A DNA stretch of 64,000 nucleotides from Chlorokybus atmophyticus (taxonomy: Eukaryota; Plantae; Mesostigma and Chlorokybus algae): the NCBI GenBank assembly GCA_009103225.1, contig RHPI01001037.1, forward strand, positions 1,546,551 through 1,610,550. The letters are read 5' to 3'. Under the pieces are notes generated by a model. The model saw nothing but the letters and a program-made list of their open reading frames with translations, did no database searches and was not told the DNA's origin. Of this stretch, positions 14,301 to 26,710 are shown one piece after another. The translations under genes and the position numbers were made by a program. How positions within the stretch are numbered: the first letter of the stretch is position 1; each line of letters begins with the position of its first letter.

Positions 14301-15146
14301 GTGCGTGCGTGCGTGTGTACACGTCCATTCGCGCACGCGCACGCACGCACGCGCGTGCGTGTGCATGTATACAACCACAAACTCTGCATGCATGCCCATG
14401 CTCGCATGTATACCCCCCCTCCCTCCCCCCCCACTCACGTGTCGTAGTCTTCGTGCGACCCCGCGATGTGCGGCGCGGCCGTTAGCGCCCTCAGGTGCCG
14501 GCTGGCGGAGTCGTTGTTGGGGAACTGCAGGAAGTCGTGGATGCCCGGGGGCTTCTTGACGTGACGGGCGAAGGGGAGAAGGAGTCTGGGTGAAAAGGGG
14601 TGTGTGCGAGAGAGAAGGGGTTGGTTGTTTGGGATTGTGGTGGCATAGAAGGAACAGAAAAGGGGGAAGCAAGGAATGCGATGAGGTGTGGTTTGGGTGC
14701 TTACTCGAAAAGAGTTGGTTTGCTGCCGTCGTTGAAGGATGTCCTGGGGGCAGAGGGAGAGGGAGATAAGGAACACAGCGAGCTCGGGGCTTTCCCTCAT
14801 GCACACGCGCGCGCGCATGCAAGAAAAGGGCTAACACTCCACATCAAACCAAGTTGTACCAAACGAGATTACTAAAACAGAGAACGTTGCAATACCATGC
14901 ATGCCATTGCATTGAGCAGGAAAGGAAAGGCAAAAGCCATAGCATACGCGCTTACTGCGTGTTGGTGCCTGGTGTATCGCAGCTGAACAGCAGAGCGAAC
15001 AGCAACGGCGCCAGCAGGAGACCCAAGCAGAGGAACAGCAGGCCAGCTGGCACAGAAGAAGCAGACAGCTGGCGCTGTCGCTTGGACCAGCTTGAGCTCT
15101 GCTCCTTGCTGCTGGTGTTGGTGGTGTTGGTGTTAGTGGCGGCCAT
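9633..15146 (-). CDS. Glutamate carboxypeptidase II / AMP1-LAMP1-like M28B peptidase (type II membrane; PA and TfR-dimer domains), multi-exon; N-terminus uncertain
   Basis: N-terminal TM ([18 protein letters not shown]); TAAPHIAGS; [25 protein letters not shown]; [16 protein letters not shown]; [10 protein letters not shown]; [30 protein letters not shown]; [11 protein letters not shown]; [17 protein letters not shown]; GSDHSPF; [14 protein letters not shown]; C-terminal [13 protein letters not shown]; stop at 9633. Confidence 0.93.
10919..11128. other. Assembly gap inside a GCPII intron, flanked by poly-G
   Basis: Seen directly. The flanking exons can be spliced GG|C to give [14 protein letters not shown]. 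Confidence 0.99.
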
Positions 15147-16163
15147 GTTGGTGGCAGCCTCTGCAAGCTTCGTCAAGCCTTGAGCGACATCCGCACCAAG
15201 GACAACCTCAGCGCCCTCCCCGCTTCCCTCCCCGCTCACCACCGCCGCCGCCGCCGCCGCCGTTGCATGCCCAACACACGCCCAGTGTTCCAGCACATGC
15301 ACTTTAGGCAAGGTTGTTGGTGTGGTTCGTCGTGGTAGTGGTTGCTAAGGTTGTCACCGTCGCTGGCGGCGGTGGCGGAGACGCCGGCGGCGTTGCCGTG
15401 TGAGGCGCGCAAGAATGCCGGGGAAGAGGTGGAGGAGTAGGAGGAAGTCCTCCGCAGCTATGACCTGAGTCCTGGCGCAAGCGAACCTCAAGGCCTGATG
15501 ACCGTTGAGGTGAGTGAGTGACTGGTGGATTGTGTGACTTGCGGCTGGTGCAGGGTGAAGCAGCAGCAGTCGTTCACTCGCTTGCCTGTTGCTCAACTCA
15601 GATGGAATCCAAGTAGTGCTGATAGGCATCCAGGTAGTGCTGATAGGCAAAGAGAGTTCAATGCAGCTGTGAATGAGGTCAATCGATCGATCTGAGTGCA
15701 AAGTGTTGTTGAGGCTGAGAGTTGTGCTACTGTGTTTGAAGGAAGTGATGTGAGTTGCGAATGTTGCTTATAGTTATAACTTGTTAGTCGTTTGGTAGTT
15801 TTTGCCAGCGATCAGCCTCGTGCATGCTATCAGGCCAGGCAGCGTGTGGTAAATGGCTGAGGGGCTTGATGTAGTTGATAGCTTGCTTACCGGTCGACAC
15901 AGCTCTGTTCTTGTGCACATTCACAGATGCGCGCACTCGCGTATGCGCACAGGCACATTGCATTCATTAGCAGGTACTTGCATATGATCAGTCCATTGTT
16001 CATTGCATTGTTGCCAGCTTCAGAGCCTGTTTGCATAAATCTCCTCCATGTATTCATGCGAGTTTGCGCTGCTCATCAAAGTGTTGCAAACAGGCGTTGA
16101 AGCTGGCAACAATGCAATGAGGAGCAAAAGGAGACTCCAACCCCTGCTCTTTCTTCTCTCACA

Positions 16164-17265
16164 ATGCACTCTTTGAACAACACCACCACCACCACCAACC
16201 ACAACAACAACAACACTCCCAAGCCCTGGTACGCCCCCCCCTCGTCCGTCCTCCCCCACGCCCTCGCCTCCGACATTCGCAACAGCTTCCTACGCTACGA
16301 TCGCGACGGCAAGGGACACCTCACGCGACACGAGGCCAGGTGCGCGGTCGCATCGCTCATCGGACGACCACCAACAAAGGTGAGAGTGTCATATTCATCA
16401 TGGTGATGGTGGTCATCATCATCATCATCATCAATGTCGTCGTCGTTGTCATTATCTGTCAGCATCATCATCGTCATCATCATCAACATCATCATCACGG
16501 TGGTGGTGGTGATGGTGGTGGCGTGCCTTTACAAGACAACATGTCGTGAGAGTTGACACAACACCCGGGTTTTGCATGCGAGCCATTGTACTTGTCCAAT
16601 AATGCATTGCATTTGCTATCATGTATACAGGTGGAGGTCAACAACTTGTTGACGAGCGTGCCGGACGGCAAGTTGACTGCTGAGCGGTTCTTCAAGTACG
16701 CCGCGGACGCCATCCGGGCCGCAGGACCGGACGAGCGCATCCGCCAGGTCTTCAAAGCGTTCGACAGCCAAGGTGAGTGGGGGTAATGTATGGAGTTGGG
16801 TTGAGTTGGGTGGGGTAGGGTAGGGTAGGGTTGTGATATGTTGTGTTGTGTTGCGTAGTGTGTGGGAGCCACATATACGCACACGCGCGCGTGCGCAACG
16901 GGTTGCTGCTTCTTGTATGTGTCTGTGGCTCAAGACTTGTTGCTCACGTATTGTATACAATGCACAACACAGGTGAACAGCCACATTTCAACAGGCCTGC
17001 ATCATTCTTCGCTTGGGGGAAACGTTTTGTGCGTGATGGTGCCTGACACGAACATGATCCAACTGCTCATGTGCTGACACTAGTGTTTTGTCTCTCATCA
17101 GGCTTGGGCTACATAACCCGCGTTGATCTGCAGCGCATATGTGCGCAGTACGTGCCGTGGGTGTCCGACAAGGCCGTCGTTGAGGTGTTCGAGGCAGTGG
17201 ACTCTGACGGAGACGGACGCGTGAGCTGCAGGGAGTTTGACAACATGATGAGGATGCTCGCGTGA
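16164..17265 (+). CDS. EFCAB11: EF-hand calcium-binding protein, EFCAB11-like, 3 exons
   Basis: FLRYDRDGKGHLTRHEARCAVASLIGRPPTK|VEVNNLL...RIRQVFKAFDSQG|LGYITRVDLQRIC..VVEVFEAVDSDGDGRVSCREF. The LxGxxPxKxEV segment and EF-hand spacing resemble EFCAB11 as I recall it. Confidence 0.75.
16399..16517 (+). repeat. (CAT)/(GGT)/(CGT) trinucleotide-rich microsatellite in intron 1 of the EF-hand gene
   Basis: Seen directly. Confidence 0.85.
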
Positions 17266-17368
17266 TGCTTTAAGAGAACATATCAGCTAGCAACATTAAT
17301 ACCACTATGCTAGCTCAGCAGTCAGGACTGCAATCTTGATCTGCTCGGGGTGTGTGTGGTGGGTGGGG

Positions 17369-17651
17369 GTAAACCTACTATCAAACATGCACACACGCAC
17401 ACCCACCTCCAGCTCGTTGACGTGTCCCGTGAGTGCCTCCGCATAGTTCGTATAATTGAGCGGCAGCACCGCATCATCGGCGAGTCTCAGCGCGGCCAGT
17501 CCCCACAGCCGCGCGACAGCGACGTGCCTCCTGAACCCCGGGTCGCCGAAGAGCGCCATCCATCGGTAGTCGTCGTAGAGGGAGTGGTAGACGGGGTAGT
17601 CCGTGCCGTCGTTGCTGCGAGGGTGAGAGAAGTGTTGGTTTGGGTCTGGAG

Positions 17652-17698
<47 letters not shown>

Positions 17699-17700
17699 AT
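17369..17700 (-). repeat. Identical 332-bp copy of 10587-10918 (one GCPII exon plus intron flanks), abutting an N-gap
   Basis: Identical by eye, including the 31-G tract; both copies end at a gap. Confidence 0.9.
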
Positions 17701-18346
17701 NNNNNNNNNNNNNNNNNNNNNNNNNNNNNNNNNNNNNNNNNNNNNNNNNNNNNNNNNNNNNNNNNNNNNNNNNNNNNNNNNNNNNNNNNNNNNNNNNNNN
17801 NNNNNNNNNNNNNNNNNNNNNNNNNNNNNNNNNNNNNNNNNNNNNNNNNNNNNNNNNNNNNNNNNNNNNNNNNNNNNNNNNNNNNNNNNNNNNNNNNNNN
17901 NNNNNNNNNNNNNNNNNNNNNNNNNNNNNNNNNNNNNNNNNNNNNNNNNNNNNNNNNNNNNNNNNNNNNNNNNNNNNNNNNNNNNNNNNNNNNNNNNNNN
18001 NNNNNNNNNNNNNNNNNNNNNNNNNNNNNNNNNNNNNNNNNNNNNNNNNNNNNNNNNNNNNNNNNNNNNNNNNNNNNNNNNNNNNNNNNNNNNNNNNNNN
18101 NNNNNNNNNNNNNNNNNNNNNNNNNNNNNNNNNNNNNNNNNNNNNNNNNNNNNNNNNNNNNNNNNNNNNNNNNNNNNNNNNNNNNNNNNNNNNNNNNNNN
18201 NNNNNNNNNNNNNNNNNNNNNNNNNNNNNNNNNNNNNNNNNNNNNNNNNNNNNNNNNNNNNNNNNNNNNNNNNNNNNNNNNNNNNNNNNNNNNNNNNNNN
18301 NNNNNNNNNNNNNNNNNNNNNNNNNNNNNNNNNNNNNNNNNNNNNG
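17701..18346. other. Assembly gap flanked by poly-G
   Basis: Seen directly. Confidence 0.99.
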
Positions 18347-18963
18347 GGGGGGGGTGGGGGGGGGCACAAGTACATAGGCATTCCAGTAGTACGGATGCAA
18401 CAATGCAAGCACACGCGCGCATTATACATACAAATGCATGCGCCGTTGAAGGGAAAGCATATATCAATATTCTTTGCAAACTTGACTGCGTTTGCAAATG
18501 GCGTCCCCTCCAACTGTGCAGCAAACACTTAGCACAAGCATATCCAAGCGTAAGCACAAATACCCACTCCTTCCTTTATACACATCGAAGGCAAGCCATT
18601 GGTCAAGCCTTCAAGCCTCTTAGATTGTGATATTATTGTTCACAACGTTTCTCTGTCACTATGAGAACATGCATGGATATTAACGAGTAAACAACGCATA
18701 CGTTCTGCATACTCTGCTTGCGTCATGTCTCAACCTTGTTTGCTGCGGCATCTGCGATACACCCTATTCAATGACCATCGACTAAATTTAGTCACAAGCA
18801 ATTTCCAGTGTACTTGGATAACCTTGGCTCAATACGATGAGTGATGCAGTATGACCCCATAACCCTCGTTGAACCCCTGAACCATCCTTGAATTGCAGTA
18901 CCAAAGCGCAAAACGCTACACAGAGCAATGTCACGGTGTTTGTGCTAGGCATGTAATCTGCCT

Positions 18964-21843
18964 CTAACCGACAGCCTGACCACCAGAGGTATCAACTTGC
19001 TGGCGCATGCCTTTCATGTCTGCCGCCATCTGCACATACAACAGTCATGCACAAGAACATGTCTCATTCATGTGACACACAACTCTCCACTGATGTACCT
19101 TTTCCCGCGCTTTGACTTCCGCCTCATGGTCCTTTTGCAGCGACTTATACGCACGTTTCAACACCTTGCTCTTTGCTTTCTCGTCTTTGTTAGCGACCTC
19201 CAGCGCCTGTTTGGACACACACACACTGAAGGTTCCAGGCGGTACATTGCACAGCAGCATTTATGTGCACATGGACAACATCACACGAACACAAAGGGGG
19301 CCTGTGTACCTGAACTTGGCTTTGAAGCTGCAATATCTGCTCCTTGAGGGTCTCATCTACGCCTTCCCGAGCCGTTGCCTGCGTGCAATGCACACAAGCA
19401 CACAAGTTCAGATCTGCTTACTCGCCAATTGCTTGGTGTCATGCAGGTTTGATAAAAACAGTGACAAGCATGCCTGCGAGTCTGTATCACGCCTCAACGT
19501 GCGTTCGTCTTCAAGTGCAGTCTCCGCCTGCCGCGCCCTCGACTCAGCCTCCTCCAGCTCCCAACTCAACCTGTTCGCACGCTCCTGCTCCTCCTCAATG
19601 GCCTAACCAGCGCCAGTTGTCAGAGTTGTCTGTTGTGTGCAGATGTTGTTGTAGTTGTTGTTGTTGTTGTTACAAAGCACAGCTCTCACTTGGGCAATGG
19701 CGTTCCTCGTGTCCTCTTTGTAGCGCTCGAGTCCTTCCTGCAGGCTCTTGACCTGGGCTTGCAGGGACAGTCTGGCGGCGGTCTCCTGCTCCAAGCGAGA
19801 GAGCGCCTCCTCGAGGTCCGACTTTGCGAGGACTGCCCTTCTGTGCAGCTGAGCCAGCAGCTTGCGCGCTTGAGCACGCTGAAAATCCACAACCATACCA
19901 AAACTGATCGGCTGCTCTTAGGTGTGCATGTGTGGTCTCTCATACTCTATCAAGTTTGCAAGCATGTATATGCGAGTACAGGCACATGTACGCTAATGCA
20001 GTTAAACTCAATGCTTGGACAAACCTGGTCCATCGGCAGAGCAAATGTCCCTGAAGGCCAAGCGTCCCAGTTGACGTGCCCATTGACAATGTCTGCTCCG
20101 GAACTTTGAGGAGTGTCTTGTACTGCCGCCGAAGATGCCAAAGACGCCTGCATTGACTCAATTGTCTCACGCCAGCAAACAAAGGGCGCACACAGACTGC
20201 ACTGAAGTTGTCACTTGCTAGTACACAAGAACAACTGCATTGTATACAACACACAATTTCACCTGACTGCTGTCTGAGTGGCTTCGCGCGTGCCGACCAT
20301 TGAGTTCATCTTCCGGCCCTTTGAATGCCGATGTTGCGGGAACCTCACTTGCCGATCGATCGCTTGGTTCCTCACTCGCCGCGCTGCGAATGCTGCTCAT
20401 GCGTAGCGTAATAGCAATGTCACACCTTTGGTGACTACAGATGCACACCATCTAAGACTGCAGGTGCCATGCAAAGTGATACTATACCGCTGCTCTTCAG
20501 GTGACAGAAGCCCAGGTGGGCATGTGCATGTGCCTGTCCATGTGCGCATGTGAGTGCGTGTAAGACAAACCTGTTGTCGTGTGAAGGAGGAGTTTCTGGA
20601 AGGGGTTGCGTGCTTGTGGCCTGCTCCTGAGCAGCCTGGGCAGCTGTAGCCAGAACACATCAGTGACAAATTGGCTTACAAGCGATATATATATACTGTC
20701 AACACCACACGTCACCAGCAGAAGCGGCAGCTTCCAGCTCTAAGAAGCTGGCCATAGGTGGACAGCGTGCGATGAGAATGTCACTCAGCAGTGTCCACAT
20801 CCACTCCTGAAGCTGCCTGCGCCGCTGCAACCGCGCATGCACCACACTTCAGCAAACAGCTAGCTGCTTACACATATAGGAACAATGCTTCTATCACCCT
20901 TTACCACTCACTTCTTCTATCAGCTCGTTGTGTGCGTTCACACGCTGCAGTGAGCGCTTGGGCGGCGGATCCGGCACACGGTTACGAGGCAGCAATTGCC
21001 TCAGCTGCCAAAAAAAAAAAAAAGCCAAAGCAAAGGACACATTGGTGTTGGTTGGCATGTACAAAGCTTCGGCAGGATCAACTGGTATAACGGGTGTACA
21101 ACAACCACATGCCACCTTCACACGTGCCTACATGTCCACCTACGCGCCTCTGCATGCGTGTGTGCGCGTATCTGCGTGCATATGCGCATGCAAGTATGTA
21201 CGTGCACGCGTGCATGCGCCTACCGCATCAGCTAGCCGCTGAAAGTCACTGAAGCGGCGCAGCACGGGCCTTGTGGTCAGGTAACCAGCGGGCGACACCA
21301 CGCCAACATCCACCTTGTAATACTGCGCACACACCAGTACACCACAGTCACCACAGCATGCAGGACACAAGCACAGAAGCCTGCATGCAGGTTGTACATG
21401 AGCTGACAGTGGACACAGCATGGGTTGGAACATCAGTAGCTCCAAAGTGCTGATCAGTTGTTACATGAAGGCTGCAGATCTGATAGTAGTAGTTATGTGT
21501 GTCTATTGTTCTCACCACAGGAGCATTCGGGTCGAATGCGGGGACTCCGGCGGCGTTGCGACGAACATTGTGGCTGGTCCATGATGGTACGCGCATTCCA
21601 TAAGAGTACACGCCCGCCGCATGCAACGACGTGGACGCTGAAGCATGCGGCTGCACAACACATCACACACATGAAGCCAGCCTCAGCTAAAACAGGTTGA
21701 AACAGCTTATGTGGCAACACATACTCCATCGGCATGTAGCAGCCTGCTAGTATCAAGCATGCTTCAGCAGGCAATCTCTTGCCCTGCTCCTTTATGTCAA
21801 CAAGCAATCTCTTTAACGGAACGATAGATGCTTGCAAACAGGA

Positions 21844-21886
<43 letters not shown>

Positions 21887-21982
21887 GGTGCGTACCCAGT
21901 CTTGTGGGGGCACCCAAGCGTCCATGCCCAGGGGCATAGGGCTGGTGCCATCGTGCCGATGGAAATGCCGCGCCGCCCTCAT
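18964..21982 (-). CDS. EREL1: PX-domain plus coiled-coil protein of the EREX/EREL (RAB5 effector) family, multi-exon
   Basis: N-terminus MRAARHFHRHDGTSPMPLGMDAWVPPQDW (plant hallmark HRHDGTSPLPLGMDW); YSYGMRVPSW; YYKVDVGVVSPAGYLTTRPVLRRFSDF; LPRNRVPDPPPK; RRRQLQEWMWTLLSDILIARCPPMASFLELEAAA; coiled coil LEEALSRLEQETAARLSLQAQVKSL. Last exon (MAADMKG...VG*) is inferred. Confidence 0.85.
21845..21884 (+). repeat. (CA)n microsatellite in intron 1 of the PX gene
   Basis: Seen directly. Confidence 0.9.
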
Positions 21983-22458
21983 CGCCACGTATCAAGGCGT
22001 TCCTTTACACTGTCCTACGCCTTACGCAAGCTCGGCGGTGCAGGGCGCCCCTTCCCCTGCCGTCAACAACATCGCCACAGACAAGCGCAGCAACAACAAC
22101 CCTGTCACGTATTCCGGTTACGGCAAAGCGTCGTTACACTGTGACGCCACTAAGTACGGCTAACTGTGTCTCGTTTACTGCAGAAACGGCAACAGGCAGC
22201 TTGTGGGTGTCACAAGGTCAGAACCGCACCAGTTTTATGCTGACGTTTGTGGGCTAACGGCTTGTGTGTGCGTTACCTATTGGCGCAACAGCCGTTATTT
22301 CAGACGGTGCTACAAACGGTACTACTGGTGCCGCTACATGCAGTTAATGCCACTGTGTTCGAGTTACCCAGCGTCGCCTGTTGAGGAGGAGGAGGAGGAC
22401 GAGCTGGTGGCGGTGGTGATGGGCAAGGGGCAGGGGCAGGTAGTGGATTGTTACCATC

Positions 22459-23845
22459 ATGGGTGGCCACGGCGGGCTGAACATCCTCCCGCAGAAATCT
22501 TGGCACGTCTACAATTACGAGAACAAGGAGAAGGTGCGTCGCGACGAGGCGGAGGCGGCGGCGGCGGCGGAGGCTGCGGCACGCGCCAAACAGCAGGCAA
22601 GGGTTTCCTTGTAAGTTTTAGTAGATGTTTTTGTTCCCCGTCGGTAGGCAGCCGTTTTGACTAAACTGTGCTGTTGCATGCCTACACAAGCTCGTGCTTA
22701 ACAGTAGCTTAGTGGTAGGCTCTGCCAGTCAACAGTAACACTGCGCGAAGTTGAATTCCTGTGCTGCATTGAGTTGTCTCGCTTGTCATGAGGCTTGATT
22801 CTGTTTTTGCAATTTTTATTGCTTGTGCACTGTTTTTGCCTAGTCTCGCTTCGCTCTTACTGCTGCTGCAATTGGCAGTTGCAGCTGTTGTATGCTTGCC
22901 GTGTTTGCTGCGCAGACACAACACAACAACATGCCAAATTTTTTTGTGTTTTACGCAACAGGCAGCAGAGGCTGAGGCACGGAGGCAGCTGCTTCTCCAG
23001 CGAGCACGCAAGCGCAAACGTGCCGACGAGGATGACGAAACACAGACCAACAACCAGAAACTCAACAACTCACTGCTCGCCTGACTGTGCACAATGCTGA
23101 GGACACCACAACCACAGCCACGACAGCTGTTAAAGCGGCCACAAGTAACTCTGTACACAAGGAAGATGTTAACAACAACAACAACAAGGACGAAGACGAT
23201 GCTGGCCATATCAACTTCTTCCGCGGCGGTTTTAATGGCGGCCTCGGCATCTCTACAAACTCACAATCAGCAGCAGCAAAGCGATCATCTACTGTGCTGC
23301 ACAAGATGGATAAGGTCAGTATGATGTCCATATTGTCCGTAGAAACAGCTACTGAGTTCGTTGTGGTGTTGAGGTGACGGGAGTTTTGCATTGCTATGGC
23401 AACTGCAGGAGTTTCAGCGCGAGCATAGGCGGATACCAAGAGACTTAGAGAAGGACCATCCAGAAAAGGATCGTGATGAAAAGTATATCGGCTCGGTTAT
23501 GGTGTGGTTGGCGCAGAAGCAACGCAGCTTTGGTATATGGAGCAAACAACAGCTGCTGAACCCCGCGAAGATGTTGGGTCCAGATGCACCAACAGTCACA
23601 AGTTGCAGGCGCCATCATTATCAGGGAGCAGCAAGAAGAAGAGCATTGAAGAGTTGTGTGCAGAAAGGGCAAAGCGCGAGCAGGCCGGGCATGCAAAGGC
23701 CAAGCGGGCTGTTGACGCACATGTGGCTGCCATCACACAAGGAAAGGATGGTTATATGTATATAAAGGTGAACGGTATCATTCAAGCTTTGGCAACAGGA
23801 GATGATGGTGTAGCTTGGCAGGTCAACCAGCGTGTCATGAAGTGA
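22459..23845 (+). CDS. LENG1: LENG1-like / Cir_N-domain protein; two apparent frameshifts (sequence error or pseudogene)
   Basis: MGGHGGLNILPQKSWHVYNYENKEKVRRDE; GHINFF; DEKY/RLGYGV..LWY; KKSIEELCAERAKRE. The frame breaks near 23040 and 23486. Confidence 0.8.
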
Positions 23846-25427
23846 AGTTGTATGTCGCGGTGGTGCAGTAATGTGATGTGGGGGTTGCACAAGCCATGTT
23901 ACTGCAGAGTTGCAAACTGCGCGGATGCCAAAGCGTGTTTGTCCAAATTGCCAACATAATGATTTGTGAGGACCGTAGTTACTATCCCTCTGTCAGCTGT
24001 GAGCAGGGTGGGCGTCATTGGTTTGGCGGTGTGGCTGGTCGGATGTTGTGGTTTAGCTATTACATTTTCGTAGTGTGATGTTAGAGACCGCACATGCCAT
24101 GTACCTGTACATGCAGTATTGGTTGATGTATGGCAGTCGTATAAAGCATGGTTGCACATCCAAGCCTGCAATGTGTTGAGTGTGCTGGACAGCCAGGTAA
24201 TGTATATAGGGTATGTGAAGTGCTGTGTGAGACACACGCATACATATGCCACATGCACACCAACACTCACATGCACACTACCAATTCAGTTTATCAAGTT
24301 GTACACCATCACTACCGGGCTAACCACTATCACTATGACACTACCGCCCGTCCCCGTTAGCCATGCATGCATGTTGACATGGTGTTACCTGCCCACAGGG
24401 CCGTTTCAGTCAGTTCTGTTCAGCGTCGCAGTTGCTGCAGCATCAAAGACCAGCAGGACTCCCTCCCCTCCTCCCCCTCCTCCCCCTTCTCCGCCACCAC
24501 CCCCTTCCTCTGCCTCTCTCATCTCCCAAACCCTCTGCGCGTGAGCCACCCCGCGGTGGTCCTGCTGCCGCTGCCACCCTTGCGCTGTAGTGCCAACGTC
24601 AGCACTGCACTGCGCAGGGTCCTTGCGTCCTTGCCGACAGTTAGGTCTGGTCGGTGGGGTTGGGTAGGCAATAGTAGTGCAGGGATGCTAGGCAGGCAGA
24701 GCAAAGGCAACAGATAGCACGACTCACACTCTGTTAGTTGCAACGTAGGACAAGTTAGCGTTAGCAACCAGCAGCAGCAGCAGGCAATTACATGTGTACA
24801 AGAAGTAGTATGCTGCATTGTGCGGTTGTTGTGTGGTTAGGCATGGTAGGAGCTGACAATTGAGCACTTGCGTGTTCATGGTGATACAGAGAGACTGAGG
24901 TCTTATGCTCTCCGCACTGTAGTCAGCTATGAGACCAGCACATAATGCGTTTGTACCTAACTGACTCTAAGCGTTGTTGTTCATTGGCAGGCTGCTCAAC
25001 TCTGGTAGCTTTCACACAGAGTACACCCTCCCTCATGTGTATTTGAAGCAAAACGTGTTGTGGACAGTGTCCAACACTTTGCCATGGAGTGCGCCAAAGA
25101 AAACGTAGTTAGATTGGTGGTTGTAATCGTTTTGAATGTGGTTGTCTGCTGGTGTTCTGTGCTGCATCTGCACTTGTTATGCCCCTCCAATTTGCGCTAT
25201 ACATGCAGTAGCTCAACTTGCTCCCTGCAATGCAGTCAGCTCTGCACTACAAGAATTGCAACACTAACATGATAAAGTGACCTTTATGACCTTAACGCAC
25301 ACACAGGCAGAGAACAGTCGCCTACACGAACGTTCTGGTGGCGAATTATGTAGTAAGCGGTGCGCGCTGTATAATGACGCAATGTTAAGAAACATTTTAG
25401 TTCAACTGGGTGACAAAGGTAAGTATA

Positions 25428-25744
<317 letters not shown>

Positions 25745-26345
25745 TAAGCTTGATGGCGAGAGGGCACTGCACGTATGGCATTGTCATGGCGTTAAGCTGT
25801 GCCGCTGTTGCCTCGCTTGCAACTGCTTCCAACAGACGACTGGAGTCAATCATAAAGCATTGCAAACCAGCAGATCTCTCATCTTAACCAACCGACCTAA
25901 TTGCTATGTCTATGCAGGGCCTTTGCCATGGTCCGATGGCCTGCAGTGTCCTGCTATCCCAAGCTACCACATGGCACTTAAACTTCTCAACCACTACGAC
26001 AAGTGCAGAGCGCAATGTGATGGACGCACACACGCACGTGCAAACAACTTGACATGTACGTATGAATGTGCTTGCTGTGTTACTTGGTATGCACTCGGAC
26101 CTGTCTGATGTGTGCGTGTTGAAACTGTCTTCTCACAGATCCAATTGCCCTGCTACTGGTGAGCAGCTCGTAGCCGCGGATGCCGTCCCCAACATTAGCG
26201 CCTGCACTGCAACGACCGCATGGACCCAACTCATCAGTACGGTGTACAACCAAGACACAGTTTCCGCATGCACACGCATAGAGAGTCATGAGGCCATGGT
26301 ACTCACCAGTAATGGGCGTGTCGGCCTCGTTGGCTTGGTGCGTGT

Positions 26346-26710
26346 TCATTGCGTACAATAAGCACGTGCATGCGCAGCCCACACACACACCTTCAACCAG
26401 GTCGCAATGACTGCTGAGGCAGCATTGAAGCCAGCAAGCTGTGTGTGGGAAATGTTTGGCACACGTCTTTGCCAATGTCCGCAAGGAGAGTCACGTTGAT
26501 GACGCGGTATTGACTCACAGCAGCCGTTGCACATGTTGTAGAGGTCCATCTAAAACCCTGCCACCATGATGAAGGCAGAGCTTACAACGGGGAAGCCGAC
26601 TGGAGAAGGCTGTAATGCCAGCGGCGATGCGCTGCACCGTTGTCGATGTACACGCACACGCTCGCCTCACCAGCATAGGAAACGGCGTGCTGACTAACTT
26701 GAAAACGCAG
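26346..26710 (-). pseudogene. Disrupted homologue of the 37771-38244 ORF
   Basis: LRFQVSQHAV..YIDNGA..*ALPSSWW..NVTLLADI..(frameshift)..GFNAASAVIATWLK; in-frame TAA at 26584-26582. Confidence 0.3.

Noticed and set aside
17305-18630. Long ORFs of 245-426 aa
   Set aside because: They consist mostly of X from the N-gap plus the duplicated exon.
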